Positions 35,901 through 44,794 of a DNA stretch of 63,111 bases are shown piece by piece. Position numbers and translations under genes: made by a program. Every line of letters begins with the position of its first letter. Within the stretch, counting starts at the first letter, position 1. The notes beneath the pieces were generated by a model. That model had not been told where the DNA came from and made no database searches. It saw nothing but the letters and a program-made list of their open reading frames with translations. The stretch is taken from assembly GCA_025453555.1 (NCBI GenBank), contig JALOQC010000001.1, positions 1 to 63,111 of the forward strand. Direction: 5' to 3'. The stretch comes from Myxococcota bacterium. Its GTDB lineage: Bacteria > Myxococcota_A > Polyangia > Polyangiales > Houyiibacteriaceae.

Positions 35901-36734
35901 CACCGCGTCGAGATCACGGGCGTGCACGAGGCCCGCTTCGATCTCAAGACCGCACCCTTCGACGCGTTCTCCCCCTTTCGCGAGCCCGCGCTCGAGGCGC
36001 TCGGACCGCTCGGTCCGGTGGCGCTCGAACGCGACGTGCGTTGGCGCGACGCGCCACGACCCTTCGCCGCGGAGAGCCAGCAGCTCTTCGCGCGCTACGT
36101 GCTTCATGCCTCGCGTGCGACCTTCGCGCTCCACGCCGCGTCGCTCCTCGATCCGATCGGCGTGCTCGTCACCGACGGGCTCGACCTCGCCACCGATCCG
36201 GTGCGCCTGCGCCTCGAGCATCGTCGCTTCGCGTTGGTCGGCGGCACGCTCGCGGTCCCGCTCGGTCCGGTCGTCGTGCGCGTCGAGCTCGCCGCCGATC
36301 TCGCACGTCCGGTGCACCTGACGAGCGAGACTCCCAACGAGCTCCCCATCGCGGAGCGCACGATGCTGCGCGGCCTCGCCGGCCTCCGCTGGACGAACGA
36401 CCGTGGCGGCGTGCTCGACGTCGAAGCGAGCTACGCGCACGCGTCCGGCGAGCTCCTGTGGCCCTTCGAGGTGCCCACGATCGCGGGCCGCTACGCGCAC
36501 GCCTTCTTCCGCGATCGTCTCGAAGCCGAGGCCGTGATCGTGGCCACGGGACCTTCGCTGCGCGGGGGTGCCTTCGGTCGCGCGGAGCTCACGTGGCGCG
36601 CACACGACCAGCTCGCCGTCGCGCTCGGCGCCGCGACCTACCTCGACGGTCCCCGCCGATCGATCCTCGACGGCTTTTCACGCGAAGATCGCGCGTACCT
36701 GCGCGTCGAAGGTCGCCTCGACTCGTTTCGGTGA
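32913..36734 (+). CDS. MMPL / RND-superfamily exporter (COG1033-like, 12 TM), continuous in frame with a C-terminal region of about 525 aa that starts with a signal-peptide-like segment
   Basis: This is the C-terminal 1273 aa of ORF 31836..36734, with TTG 32913 overlapping the upstream stop (TTGA). It has two MMPL-type TM bundles (LSLGIALVTLLLFVVL..., LATLVVWLLVSTIFRS...AFGVAVDDTLHLI). There is no stop codon before MRARGSARPATLLLLAVGLGSVVSDTARAQ at 35157. Confidence 0.75.
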   Translation: MSAPRDLEALFAALLRRRTKALGAVVVLVALASVLAARVRPNYDAEAFLPTWDPRRLVFEEHAAAFAGSARRVSVFVEGTLDERTHTRLGAVARALHDEGLEDVTWIGNVELASADPEDPFSLRVDAPFADPSRAAEALASRRDDPLLVGRLFDPDADAFVVHATLPEDRDHPEGQLALEASLERRLAPLRAEGAVVRVAGLPVLKARGFRLVQGDATRFLSLGIALVTLLLFVVLRRLRDVLAILGSLIPPIVITLAAMGATGTPISALTSFVPLLVLIVGVCDALHLVEEVRAQRALGWPRREAIARAFSSLVRSCFHTSFTTAVGFASLATSNVAIVVELAIFTSLAVMLTYASTILVLPLLLDLGVERPVTSTRWLDLGVDALMSAARRHARRPSALLLGGIFVLCVAAVAGATRLRTNATMIDDVDPDHPLMRDLTWLEAQGLGPYSVELWIRGEGDALMEPEAQAWMARTTEWVRRGEPVRSVLGPPDFLASAARALDLPPPRTREEIAQLSLLLEMAAPSGLDEVWRPAEHEAQIVASVVDLGSARMGPFFDAWETRLRDDPPPAGVRADLTGVLRLAHVTLIDIVDGFATSLALATLVVWLLVSTIFRSLWHGFVALVPNVLPLLAMLGAMGALRLDVKPSTLLVFSVAFGVAVDDTLHLIGRVRERLRAGDAIELAIDTAIRTSGRALVLTSLVVGGGFLVLVTSDFQFLVMVGSMTGLAVVFALLGDLVIYPLLLRATMRARGSARPATLLLLAVGLGSVVSDTARAQHDEDTDSVSVTNALDVSDTDADTNTNTNADTDADTDTNTNADTDADTDADTDADTDADAIGFASSIPSAPLVDAAPSALRVHALLFQETHVALARSPRVPVARFGAQVHLEHRGEHARVVLGGHLEADPAARQLPDDSRAAMLWLVRPLDAYLHVDGGEHAASPVTLTLGFQRLGWGEGFLLSPLDLDPKDLRTPGLGAATRTTLSRLSTRVSFRHRAHRVEITGVHEARFDLKTAPFDAFSPFREPALEALGPLGPVALERDVRWRDAPRPFAAESQQLFARYVLHASRATFALHAASLLDPIGVLVTDGLDLATDPVRLRLEHRRFALVGGTLAVPLGPVVVRVELAADLARPVHLTSETPNELPIAERTMLRGLAGLRWTNDRGGVLDVEASYAHASGELLWPFEVPTIAGRYAHAFFRDRLEAEAVIVATGPSLRGGAFGRAELTWRAHDQLAVALGAATYLDGPRRSILDGFSREDRAYLRVEGRLDSFR
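35157..36734 (+). other. Distal module of the MMPL ORF: signal-peptide-like segment, acidic DTDA/NTNT repeat linker, and a domain of about 450 aa that may be an outer-membrane (DUF1302-like) protein
   Basis: An internal ATG at 35157 is followed by a canonical n-h-c signal sequence ending ARAQ. The rest is rich in alternating beta-type segments and ends with an aromatic residue near the C-terminus (RVEGRLDSFR). The DUF1302-like assignment is tentative. Confidence 0.4.
35298..35423 (+). repeat. In-frame 12-nt based tandem repeat (GACACCGACGCG and variants) encoding (DTDA/DTNTNTNA)n
   Basis: Read directly from the sequence. It lies immediately after the internal signal-peptide-like segment. Confidence 0.9.
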
Positions 36735-36737
36735 GCC

Positions 36738-37559
36738 ATGAAGCCCCTCCTCTCGTCCGTTCTCGTCTCCGCTCTGGCCGCGATCCTGATCGCGTCCTCC
36801 TCCGTGAGCGCACCCGTCGCGCATGCGCAGCGCGTCCCCGACGACGCACGTGCGATCCTCGAAGCGGTCCACGCGCGCGACGAAGGTGACCGCGGCCGCG
36901 CGCGCGTCCGCATGACCCTCCGCGACGCCCGCGGCGCCACCCGCGTCCGCGACCTCTCGATCCTCGGGCTCCGTAGCGAGGGCTCGCTCCACACGTTGGT
37001 GCGCTTCGAGAGCCCGAGCGACGTCGCGGGCACCACGCTCCTCACGCGCGACTACGACGACACGCGCACCGACGAGCAATGGCTTCATCTGCCCGCGTTT
37101 CGACGCACCACGCGCATCGTCGGCGCGGGCCGCGCGCGCTCGTTCCTCGGCAGCGATCTGACCTTCGCGGACCTCACGCGACGCCACCCCGACGACTTCG
37201 AGGCGACGCTGCTCGGTCAGGAGGACGTGGGCGGCGAGCGTTGCTGGCGGCTCGCGCTCGCGCCGCGCACCGACGCCATCCGCGACGAGCTCGGCTACTC
37301 GCGCATCGAGGTCTGGATCGCCCGTCGCACGCTGCTCGTGCTCCGCTCGAAGGCCACGCTCCTCGACGGTCGCTTCAAGTACGTCCAGGCGGAGGACGTC
37401 GCGCAGGTCGACGGAATCTGGGTCGCGCGTCGCCTCGTCGCGCGCACCGTACGCGGCACGACGCTCGAGTCCGAGACGGTGCTCGAACGCCGCGAGGTGC
37501 GCTTCGGCGACGCGACGGTGACTCCGGCGCTCTTCGAGCCCTCGCGCCTCGGCGGCTGA
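36738..37559 (+). CDS. LolA-like outer membrane lipoprotein-sorting protein family (DUF1329/LolA_like type)
   Basis: ORF 36738..37559, starting 3 nt after the upstream stop. It has a signal peptide (LVSALAAILIASSSVSAPVAHAQ). Family-typical segments are EQWLHLPAFRRTTRI, FLGSDLTFADL and W.L.L.P. Confidence 0.75.
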   Translation: MKPLLSSVLVSALAAILIASSSVSAPVAHAQRVPDDARAILEAVHARDEGDRGRARVRMTLRDARGATRVRDLSILGLRSEGSLHTLVRFESPSDVAGTTLLTRDYDDTRTDEQWLHLPAFRRTTRIVGAGRARSFLGSDLTFADLTRRHPDDFEATLLGQEDVGGERCWRLALAPRTDAIRDELGYSRIEVWIARRTLLVLRSKATLLDGRFKYVQAEDVAQVDGIWVARRLVARTVRGTTLESETVLERREVRFGDATVTPALFEPSRLGG

Positions 37560-37758
37560 CGCATTGCAAGCCGCCCTGCTGGACGGCGCGGAGCGAGCGG
37601 TTCGCGGAGCGAAGTGGACGCAGGCCATGTAGCCGCACGACTCGACGAGGTCGTTGGGCCGCGTGTGCGCGCGGAGCCGGTGGACGTAGTGGGAGGGGGC
37701 GGGGCTTCCTGGGAGGTCTGGCGACAGACCCTCGGGCAAGCTGACGGGAGGAGGAGGC

Positions 37759-39333
37759 CTACCAAGACCACGGACGGTCCGCGGTCCGCGGCGGGGGCGC
37801 ATCGGATACGGCGGGGTCTCTAGGGCGGCGAGTGGTTCGGTCTCGCACCATCCGACGGGAAGGTGGGGAGTTCGTCCGAGGCGACTGAACGGGGATGGCC
37901 TCTTCGGCTTCCGCCATCGAGTCCTCGACGATCGCGTTGGGTGTGGCGGTCGTTCCGAGATGGTTGGGCGCGGCGAGGTCGGGATGGAGAGGGACCGAAC
38001 CGCTGTCGGAGCTGGTGGCGCTGGTGGCGTCGGAGTCAGCGGAAGTGCTCGAGCTTCCACTGGTGTCGGAGCGGCCGGTACCGAGCTCCTCCGACGAGGG
38101 GTGGGTCGGCGAGCTGCGCTCGACTCGGGTGGGGGCTTCGCGAGCGTTCTGGGGCCGCAAAGCGTTCCACCCGACCCACACGAGCACCCCGAGCATCACC
38201 ACGAGCGCGAGCGATGCTAGCTGACGCACGTGCGGGTTGGTGTGCAGGGTCGGGGCCGTCGGTGAGTCGGCCTCCGACGCAGCACGAACGTCGGGTGTGG
38301 CAACGGCCATCGTGGCGGCGTGTCCCACGACTGCAAGCGTGGGGCCTCGTGGGGCTTCGAACGATGCCATCTCCGCATGTTCGGCGAGGGTCGCCCACCG
38401 CGCCGTCTCACGAAGTTTCTCCGCGAACTCGCGTTCGAGGAAGGATTGTACGTCGAAGGGGCCGTCGGTGGCCGCCAGCGTTGCAATCTCTCGCTCGAGG
38501 CGCTGTTCCACGTCCTTCGCGGTGGCCGGTCGATCTTCGGGGTGTTTCGCCAGCAGCTCGAAGATGAGCTCCACGACGGTCGGAGGGACGTCCGTGCGAT
38601 GGTCGGCAACGTCGGGCGGCGGCTCGGTGAGGATGCGGCGGGCGACCGTCGCGATCTCCTTGCCGCGATAGAGGCGGTCGCCCGCGAGGCTTTCGAAGAG
38701 CACGACCCCGAGCGCGAAGAGGTCGGCTCGCCTGTCGAGAGGTTCGAAGCGAAGCTGCTCGGGCGACAGGTATCCGACCTTCCCCTTGAGCAAACCTGCG
38801 GTCGTCTCTCCGACTCGATCGAGGGCTTTGGCAATGCCGAAGTCCGTCACGCGGGCGACGCCATCGAAGCCGATGAGGATGTTCTGCGGGGAGATGTCTC
38901 GGTGGATGAGCCCGAGCGGGGAGCCGTCGACGCGGAGCTCGTGAGCGGCATGCAGACCCCGGCACGCATCGCGAACGAGCCGAAGGACGAGCTGAAGATC
39001 GAGTGGGAGTCCTCGTTGATGCGCCCAACGAAGCAGGTCGTTGAGTGAGATCCCGGCCACGAGCTCCATGACGAGGAATACCCCCTGCTCGTCTTCCCCG
39101 ACGTCGATGACCGGGACCACGTTCGGGTGCTGAATCAGGCCGGCGAGCCGACCTTCCTCGAGGAGCATCGCGCGTGCACTGGGGTCGCTCGCGAGATCGT
39201 CGCGTAATCGCTTGAGGGCGAAGAGCCGCCGGAATCCCGCTCGCCGTCGGGCCGCGATGTAGACCGCCCCCATGCCGCCACGCGCGAGCGGCTGCAGGAC
39301 GGTGTACGGCGTCGAGAGCTCCGAATCCTGCAC
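37759..39333 (-). CDS. Ser/Thr protein kinase with a C-terminal TM segment and a low-complexity tail
   Basis: ORF 37759..39333. Hanks motifs are present (ARGGMGAVY, ALKRL, HRDISPQN, DFGIAK, SPEQ), plus a TM helix (LASLALVVMLGVLVWVGW). Confidence 0.85.
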   Translation of the reverse strand: MQDSELSTPYTVLQPLARGGMGAVYIAARRRAGFRRLFALKRLRDDLASDPSARAMLLEEGRLAGLIQHPNVVPVIDVGEDEQGVFLVMELVAGISLNDLLRWAHQRGLPLDLQLVLRLVRDACRGLHAAHELRVDGSPLGLIHRDISPQNILIGFDGVARVTDFGIAKALDRVGETTAGLLKGKVGYLSPEQLRFEPLDRRADLFALGVVLFESLAGDRLYRGKEIATVARRILTEPPPDVADHRTDVPPTVVELIFELLAKHPEDRPATAKDVEQRLEREIATLAATDGPFDVQSFLEREFAEKLRETARWATLAEHAEMASFEAPRGPTLAVVGHAATMAVATPDVRAASEADSPTAPTLHTNPHVRQLASLALVVMLGVLVWVGWNALRPQNAREAPTRVERSSPTHPSSEELGTGRSDTSGSSSTSADSDATSATSSDSGSVPLHPDLAAPNHLGTTATPNAIVEDSMAEAEEAIPVQSPRTNSPPSRRMVRDRTTRRPRDPAVSDAPPPRTADRPWSW

Positions 39334-39434
39334 GGCGTCGACAGGTTATCACTCCACACCCCGCTCTGGGGTCGACCAATCGGTGCGTCCTCGGACTCGC
39401 ATCACGCGTCGAGTTTCCGGTATCGTCCAGGCCG

Positions 39435-40325
39435 ATGCGCGCGTCGTCGCCTCACCGGGATCCGCAGGTCGTGGCGAGCACCACGCGCTGGACTGCATCG
39501 CGGGTCGCGGGCCTTCTCGCCGCCGCCGCCTTCTTGGTGCCTTCGGTCGGGCACGCGTGCGCCGACGACGCGGAGGTCGAGGCTCGACGACTCTTCGAGC
39601 GCGGCATGTCGGCGCTCGAATCCAACGACCCGACGTTGGCGCGCGATCTCTTCGAGTCCTCCCTCGAGCGTTGCCAGAGACCTTCGACCGCTTTCAACCT
39701 CGCTCTGGCGTTGCGGCGGTCCGGCGAGGTGCGTCGCGCGCTCTCCGTGCTCCGCGACGTGCTCGCGGGGGACCTCGGCGTGCTCGATGCGGAGCAGCGG
39801 GCCTTCGCGGAAGAAGCTCTCACGCTGACACGAGGAGATCTGGCGACCGTCGTGGTCACCGTCTCGCTCGCCGACGTCGATGGATCCGTCGACGACACCG
39901 ATCGGGAGCCGAGGGTCGAGGTGCAGGGAGACGACACCGACGAACGGGGGGTCGAGCTCGAGCCGGGTGTCCCCCACGCGTTGGAAGCGGACCCGGGGCG
40001 TCGCACCCTGCGTTTCCGCGGGCCCTGTCTCCGCGAGTCCTCGCGCGAGGTCACGTTGACGCGAGGCGAGCGCGTGGAGGTGAGCATGATCGTCGAGCGC
40101 GATGAGGCGTGCATCGCCTCCTCACGCATCGGCACTCACGGGGGGGCCGTGGTCCAGGAGACACCGCGTCCTCGGCGACGTGCGCGCCGCGTCGGACTCG
40201 CGCTGGCTGGCGTCGTCGTGTTGGGGGGCGCGGCGCTGCTCGTAGGCGTGCTGGGGCGTCGCGAGCCCTGTCGTGCTCCGTGCAGCGTGGCGCTCGACGA
40301 CGCAGCGCCAGTCTGGAGGTTCTGA
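39435..40325 (+). CDS. Secreted TPR-like / PEGA-like protein with a TM anchor; same architecture as 11022..11978
   Basis: ORF 39435..40325, divergent from the kinase. It has a signal peptide (VAGLLAAAAFLVPSVGHA), a TPR-like helix pair, a beta domain and a TM helix (VGLALAGVVVLGGAALLVGVLG). Confidence 0.65.
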   Translation: MRASSPHRDPQVVASTTRWTASRVAGLLAAAAFLVPSVGHACADDAEVEARRLFERGMSALESNDPTLARDLFESSLERCQRPSTAFNLALALRRSGEVRRALSVLRDVLAGDLGVLDAEQRAFAEEALTLTRGDLATVVVTVSLADVDGSVDDTDREPRVEVQGDDTDERGVELEPGVPHALEADPGRRTLRFRGPCLRESSREVTLTRGERVEVSMIVERDEACIASSRIGTHGGAVVQETPRPRRRARRVGLALAGVVVLGGAALLVGVLGRREPCRAPCSVALDDAAPVWRF

Positions 40326-40461
40326 ACGTGCGCGTCTCGTAACCTCCCGTGCGTGGATGCGTGCCCTGCATCGATCGCTCCGCGAAGCAAAGAAACCTGG
40401 TGGGTCGTCGAGCGTGAGCGGATGGCATCGAGCGGCGTGCGGTAGCCGAGGAGATGAGCGG

Positions 40462-41679
40462 TCATCCGCGGAGGAAGCGGGTGGGCTGCAGGAGCGCGGT
40501 ATCTTCGACGACGTACTCGGTGGCGCGTCCCTGGCTCCGACGCACGCACACACCGTCTTCCACCAGACGTGCGAGCTCTGCCTGAACGGTGCGCAGCGGC
40601 AGGTCCAACTTGTCGGCCAGCTCCTTCGCGGAGACGCCCCCGCCTTCGGCGACGGCACGCGAGACCGCGCTCTCGATTGGGGTGGCGACTCGCGGGTCGG
40701 GGATCGCGAGCGTTTCGTGCGCAACGAGCGTGAGACGCTCCCCGCTTCGTGCGATCTCGCCGTAGGGCTCGAGGACCTTTCGCATCCGGGTCATCAACAC
40801 GCGTACCACACCGTCATGAACCGATCGCCGGAACGCGAAGCCGTACACGCGAAGGAAGAACGTCGAGAGATCCAGACCGAGCGGGGCGAGCGCGAGCACC
40901 GAGAGCCCGAGCTCGGTGCGCCCGGGGCGAGGTGTGGCGAGCTCGTGAGCGTCGAAGAGTCGGTGTGCAGGCGCGATCACACGTCGCGCCCGCGCCGCGC
41001 GAGGGACCACGACCCAGGCCAGCGCTCCACAGGAGCGCGCGAAGGCCTCGAGTCCTCCGGCGAGGGTCGAGCTGTCTCCGAACGCGAACGCTTCGACGTC
41101 GGCGCGTGACGTATCGGCCAACCCGAGTCCTTCGATCAACGCGTCAGTGTCGCGCGCGACTGGAGGGAAGTCTTCCGTTCGCCGAACGAGCGCCATGGTC
41201 GCCGCAGTGATCGCGTGAGGCTCTCCTCGCTCGACTGCCCTCAGCAGTCCGAAGGCGCACCTCGCAGCCGAATCGGACGAGCTCGACACTACCGGTTCCG
41301 ACGGGACGCTGGGATCGGGTTCGTCGCCGAACACGTCCTCCGAGAGAGCGCCCGCTGCGGCGAGCTCCCACTGGATCCACTCCTTCCAGGCGGGAGTCGC
41401 CGTTCGCGCGGCCGCTCCGAGCAGGCGGGCCGCGAGGTGCGGGTGCCCAGTGCTTCGACGTACCCTGGCCAACACGACGACGGTCAAGGTGTGGTCGGGT
41501 CCTGAATCGCGGGCCGCTTCGCGCGCGAGCTCGACTGCGCGAGGCAGATCTCCTCGTTCGAGGGCCACCAACGCCGCAGCCGCGGAGTCCGAGAGAGCGA
41601 GCTCCCTTTCGTCAGCGGAGGCGAACAGTGCGTCGAGACACGGTGCACCGAGGGCGGCCCTCAGCCGATCGTCGAGCAT
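40462..41679 (-). CDS. Putative transcriptional regulator with a C-terminal winged-helix DNA-binding domain
   Basis: ORF 40462..41997. The preferred start is ATG 41679 (MLDDRLRAALG), because the upstream gene ends at 41804. The C-terminus VSAKELADKLDLPLRTVQAELARLVEDGVCVRR looks like an HTH. Confidence 0.55.
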   Translation of the reverse strand: MLDDRLRAALGAPCLDALFASADERELALSDSAAAALVALERGDLPRAVELAREAARDSGPDHTLTVVVLARVRRSTGHPHLAARLLGAAARTATPAWKEWIQWELAAAGALSEDVFGDEPDPSVPSEPVVSSSSDSAARCAFGLLRAVERGEPHAITAATMALVRRTEDFPPVARDTDALIEGLGLADTSRADVEAFAFGDSSTLAGGLEAFARSCGALAWVVVPRAARARRVIAPAHRLFDAHELATPRPGRTELGLSVLALAPLGLDLSTFFLRVYGFAFRRSVHDGVVRVLMTRMRKVLEPYGEIARSGERLTLVAHETLAIPDPRVATPIESAVSRAVAEGGGVSAKELADKLDLPLRTVQAELARLVEDGVCVRRSQGRATEYVVEDTALLQPTRFLRG

Positions 41680-41803
41680 CGCAGCAGCGTAGCCGATCGT
41701 TGCGGAACCGTTCGAGGTGACGCGAACGGAGGCTGCGAAGAGGAAGGGGTGCGAGAGACCTTCGGGCGGAGTCGGTGCATTCGTTCGGTCTCCCAGCGGC
41801 CGT

Positions 41804-43165
41804 TCAATCGATCTCCATCGGACCGAGCGTGCGCCAGCTCCGGTCCGCCCAGTATTCGTCGGCGCCACCCCACGTCGGGTCGCCGAAGGTGTCCATCGGA
41901 GCACCGAAGAGGTGTCCGATGCGAGCGTAGAGCGCGTTGATGGGCTGCCCAGCGCGGTCGAGGTAGCGCCCCGTCCGCAAGCCGAGTGCGCTGCCACCGG
42001 CGAGCATCATGTGCATCGGCTCCGCCCGATGTGCACTCGTCGCGAGGCTCTTGATCCAGAGCACGACGGTGTGGTCCAGCAAGCTTCCGTCACGCTCCGG
42101 GACCGCCGCGAGTCGATCGAGGAACCGAGCGAAGAGATCGAAGTAGATGCGCTCGAGATCGAAGCGTCGCCTTCGGCGCGCGGGCGTTGCGAGGTCGACG
42201 TCGTGCACGACGTCGTTGTGCTCGTCCACACCGATCCCGAGATCGATCCCGAGCTCGGGTGCGACGACGTGACTGCCGAAGAGGTCCCCGGAGGTCCCGA
42301 GCTGAAGCGTGGCCACCCGCGTCACTCCACACGACAACGCCTGGACGGCGACGTCCATCTGAAGCTCCGCCGTTCGGGTCGCCCACAGCGACGCGCGGTG
42401 ATCGAAGCCGCCGTCGAGCTCGAGCGCGGTAGTCGTACACGAGAACGCTCCTGCTACGTCTCGAGTGACTCTGGCTTCGAGCGCTCGGAGCGACTCGAGG
42501 TGAGCGTCGAGGCGTCGGCGGTCGGCGCTCCCGACCGTACGGCGAGCGAGCTCGAGCTGTTCGCGCGACGCGTCGAGCATGCTCCCGCGCCGTCGCAGGC
42601 GCGCCTGCAGCGCCTCTCGTTCCGCGTTCGTGCCGATCGTCGGACCGAACGTCGCCGCGAAGGCCGCGCTCGGGTCGTCTTGGGGATCGACGGGTTGATC
42701 CGACGCGCGGTAAGAGAGCCGGCTCAGCGCATCTCGCCCTCCCGTCCGCACCCCGAGCACCAATGGCGCGGTTCCGATGTGCGCGCCGAGCACGTGGTCG
42801 AGACTCGGACCTTTGCCCCAGACGTCGCCCGTGTGTCCGTCTGCGCCACCCGTGGCGCGGGCGGTCAGCACGCGACCGATCGCGCTGTGGTTCTGCGCGG
42901 GATGAGGCATGCGCAGACCGCCGATCATCAAGAGCCGGTGTGCGTGGCGGCTCAGCGGTTCCAGCGCTTCGGGCATCACCGAGAGCACGCGATCCCCCGA
43001 GCCCGGCGGAACGAGATGCTGCGGTTCGAGCGGATCGTTGGGGGTGTAGAAGACCGCGAAGCGCGGAAGCGGTGTGTCGTCGGCACGGGCTCCGCGGAGA
43101 CTCGGCAACGCCGCGAGACCAGCGCCGATCCCGAGAGCCGACACGAAAGAACGTCGACGCATCAT
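41804..43165 (-). CDS. DUF1552 family protein with a twin-arginine signal
   Basis: ORF 41804..43165. The N-terminus is MMRRRSFVSALGIGAGLAALP (Tat-type). It is paired with an upstream DUF1592/DUF1588-type gene, as is usual for this family. The family call is from memory. Confidence 0.75.
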   Translation of the reverse strand: MMRRRSFVSALGIGAGLAALPSLRGARADDTPLPRFAVFYTPNDPLEPQHLVPPGSGDRVLSVMPEALEPLSRHAHRLLMIGGLRMPHPAQNHSAIGRVLTARATGGADGHTGDVWGKGPSLDHVLGAHIGTAPLVLGVRTGGRDALSRLSYRASDQPVDPQDDPSAAFAATFGPTIGTNAEREALQARLRRRGSMLDASREQLELARRTVGSADRRRLDAHLESLRALEARVTRDVAGAFSCTTTALELDGGFDHRASLWATRTAELQMDVAVQALSCGVTRVATLQLGTSGDLFGSHVVAPELGIDLGIGVDEHNDVVHDVDLATPARRRRRFDLERIYFDLFARFLDRLAAVPERDGSLLDHTVVLWIKSLATSAHRAEPMHMMLAGGSALGLRTGRYLDRAGQPINALYARIGHLFGAPMDTFGDPTWGGADEYWADRSWRTLGPMEID

Positions 43166-44706
43166 TCACCTCCCGTTTGGGGCGCACCCCACACGAAGCT
43201 CTCGTCGAGCGCGACCGCCAGCAGCAGCGTCGCGAACGAGCCTCCCGCCTCGGTCCAGCGCGTTTCCACGTCGTCCACCGAGCATGCGTGTCCCGGGACC
43301 GCTCGACGGTGAGCGAATCGGACGGCGTGTTGCGCGAAGCAGCGCCGCACGGCGTCCGCTTCCGCGAGCCTCTGCGAGAGCTCCTCGAGCGAGTCGAAGT
43401 CGCCTTCGAGCTCAGGGTCCTCCGAGACGACTCGTCCGCCACGTGGCGCACCGGTCGGAAGCCCGGCCGCGTCGAGCTCGTCGAAGGCGGAGCCGATCGG
43501 GTCGATGAATTGATGGCATTGGCCGCACACCGGGTGCTCGACGCGATCGGTCGCCGGTACGGAGCCGAAGTCCACGTTGCGAGGTGTCGGGAGGTGCTCA
43601 CAGAGGAGCTGTTCACGCACGAAGAGGCCGCGCTGGACCCAGCTCGGGTCGAGCGCGTGGGCGTGCGCGGCCGCGAACGCGGGGAGGGTCAGAAGCCCGT
43701 GACGTCCAGGCAGCTCGACTCGGGTCAGCGCTCCATCCGTCGGCGGCGCGACCCCGAAGAGCGGTGCGAGTGACGAATCCAGGTGAGCGTGACGATCGCC
43801 GAGCAGCGCTGCGATGCCTCCCTCGCTGCGCACCACCTCGTCGAGGAACTCGAGCGCGTCGGTCGCCATCGCATTCGCCACGGCCTCCGACCAAAACGGA
43901 AAGCTCTCGTCGTGTTTGGTTCGCGAGCGCACCTGTTCCACGCGAGACCACTCCGCCAAGAACGACGTCACGTGGGCCCGGCCCTCCTCCGAGGCCGCGA
44001 GGCGGCGGGCGTGCGCTTCGAACACCTCGCGTCGAGCGAGGGATCCGGACTCCGCGTCGTCGAGCAAGGCGTCGTCGGGTCCTCGGCCGACCAGCAAGAA
44101 CGAGAGACGCGAAGCGAGGCTGAGGCCATCCAGACGAAGCGCGCCGTTCTCCGCGAGGTCCCCTTGCTCGAAGACGTAGAGGGCCCGAGGTGACAAGAAC
44201 GTGGTCGCCACCAGCAGCTCTGCCGCTTCGGCCGGGGTGCCCTCCGTGGCCCAATCGGCGTATCGCTCGCTCAGCGAGGCGCGTTCGTCGGGCAGCATCG
44301 TTCCACGCGTCAGTCGGCGACCCGCGTGGTCCAGCCAGTCGTTCGCGCACTCCCGGGTCGGGCACGACGGGCCTCCCCCGTTCGCGACCACCCGATGCGC
44401 GACGTCTTCGGCGACGTCGACGAGCTTTTCGAGGTCCTGCTCCGAAACGCTCGTGATCGCGTTGGCTGCGAAACCCGCCACGCGCTCGTCGGCGGGAAGC
44501 GCTGCGGGCGTGACGTCGACGCCGAGCGAAACTCTCAGGGTCGCGACCAGCTCGCGGGCTGTCAGGCGCCTCGCTCGAACCTCGGAGTGCTCGGAGTCGC
44601 AGGAGACGCCCGAGGGGGGTGCGGGGGGCGCGCGGTGGCCCGTCGGCGCGACGATCTCACCGGTGCAGGCGAGGAGGAGCACGCCGAGCGCCGAAAGGCC
44701 GCGCAT
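43162..44706 (-). CDS. DUF1592/DUF1588/DUF1585-type protein (heme-binding-motif partner of DUF1552)
   Basis: ORF 43162..44760. The preferred start is ATG 44706 (MRGLSALGVLLLAC lipobox). The stop overlaps the downstream start. It contains a CGQCH motif and PGRHGLLT, which are typical of the family. Confidence 0.75.
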   Translation of the reverse strand: MRGLSALGVLLLACTGEIVAPTGHRAPPAPPSGVSCDSEHSEVRARRLTARELVATLRVSLGVDVTPAALPADERVAGFAANAITSVSEQDLEKLVDVAEDVAHRVVANGGGPSCPTRECANDWLDHAGRRLTRGTMLPDERASLSERYADWATEGTPAEAAELLVATTFLSPRALYVFEQGDLAENGALRLDGLSLASRLSFLLVGRGPDDALLDDAESGSLARREVFEAHARRLAASEEGRAHVTSFLAEWSRVEQVRSRTKHDESFPFWSEAVANAMATDALEFLDEVVRSEGGIAALLGDRHAHLDSSLAPLFGVAPPTDGALTRVELPGRHGLLTLPAFAAAHAHALDPSWVQRGLFVREQLLCEHLPTPRNVDFGSVPATDRVEHPVCGQCHQFIDPIGSAFDELDAAGLPTGAPRGGRVVSEDPELEGDFDSLEELSQRLAEADAVRRCFAQHAVRFAHRRAVPGHACSVDDVETRWTEAGGSFATLLLAVALDESFVWGAPQTGGE

Positions 44707-44794
44707 CTCGACGAAGTGAATCGGGGCGTGCGCGGGAAGGGCGGTGCGGAGAGCTCGCATGCCGCCACCCTACGGTGGTGTGCGAGGCAGCGGT

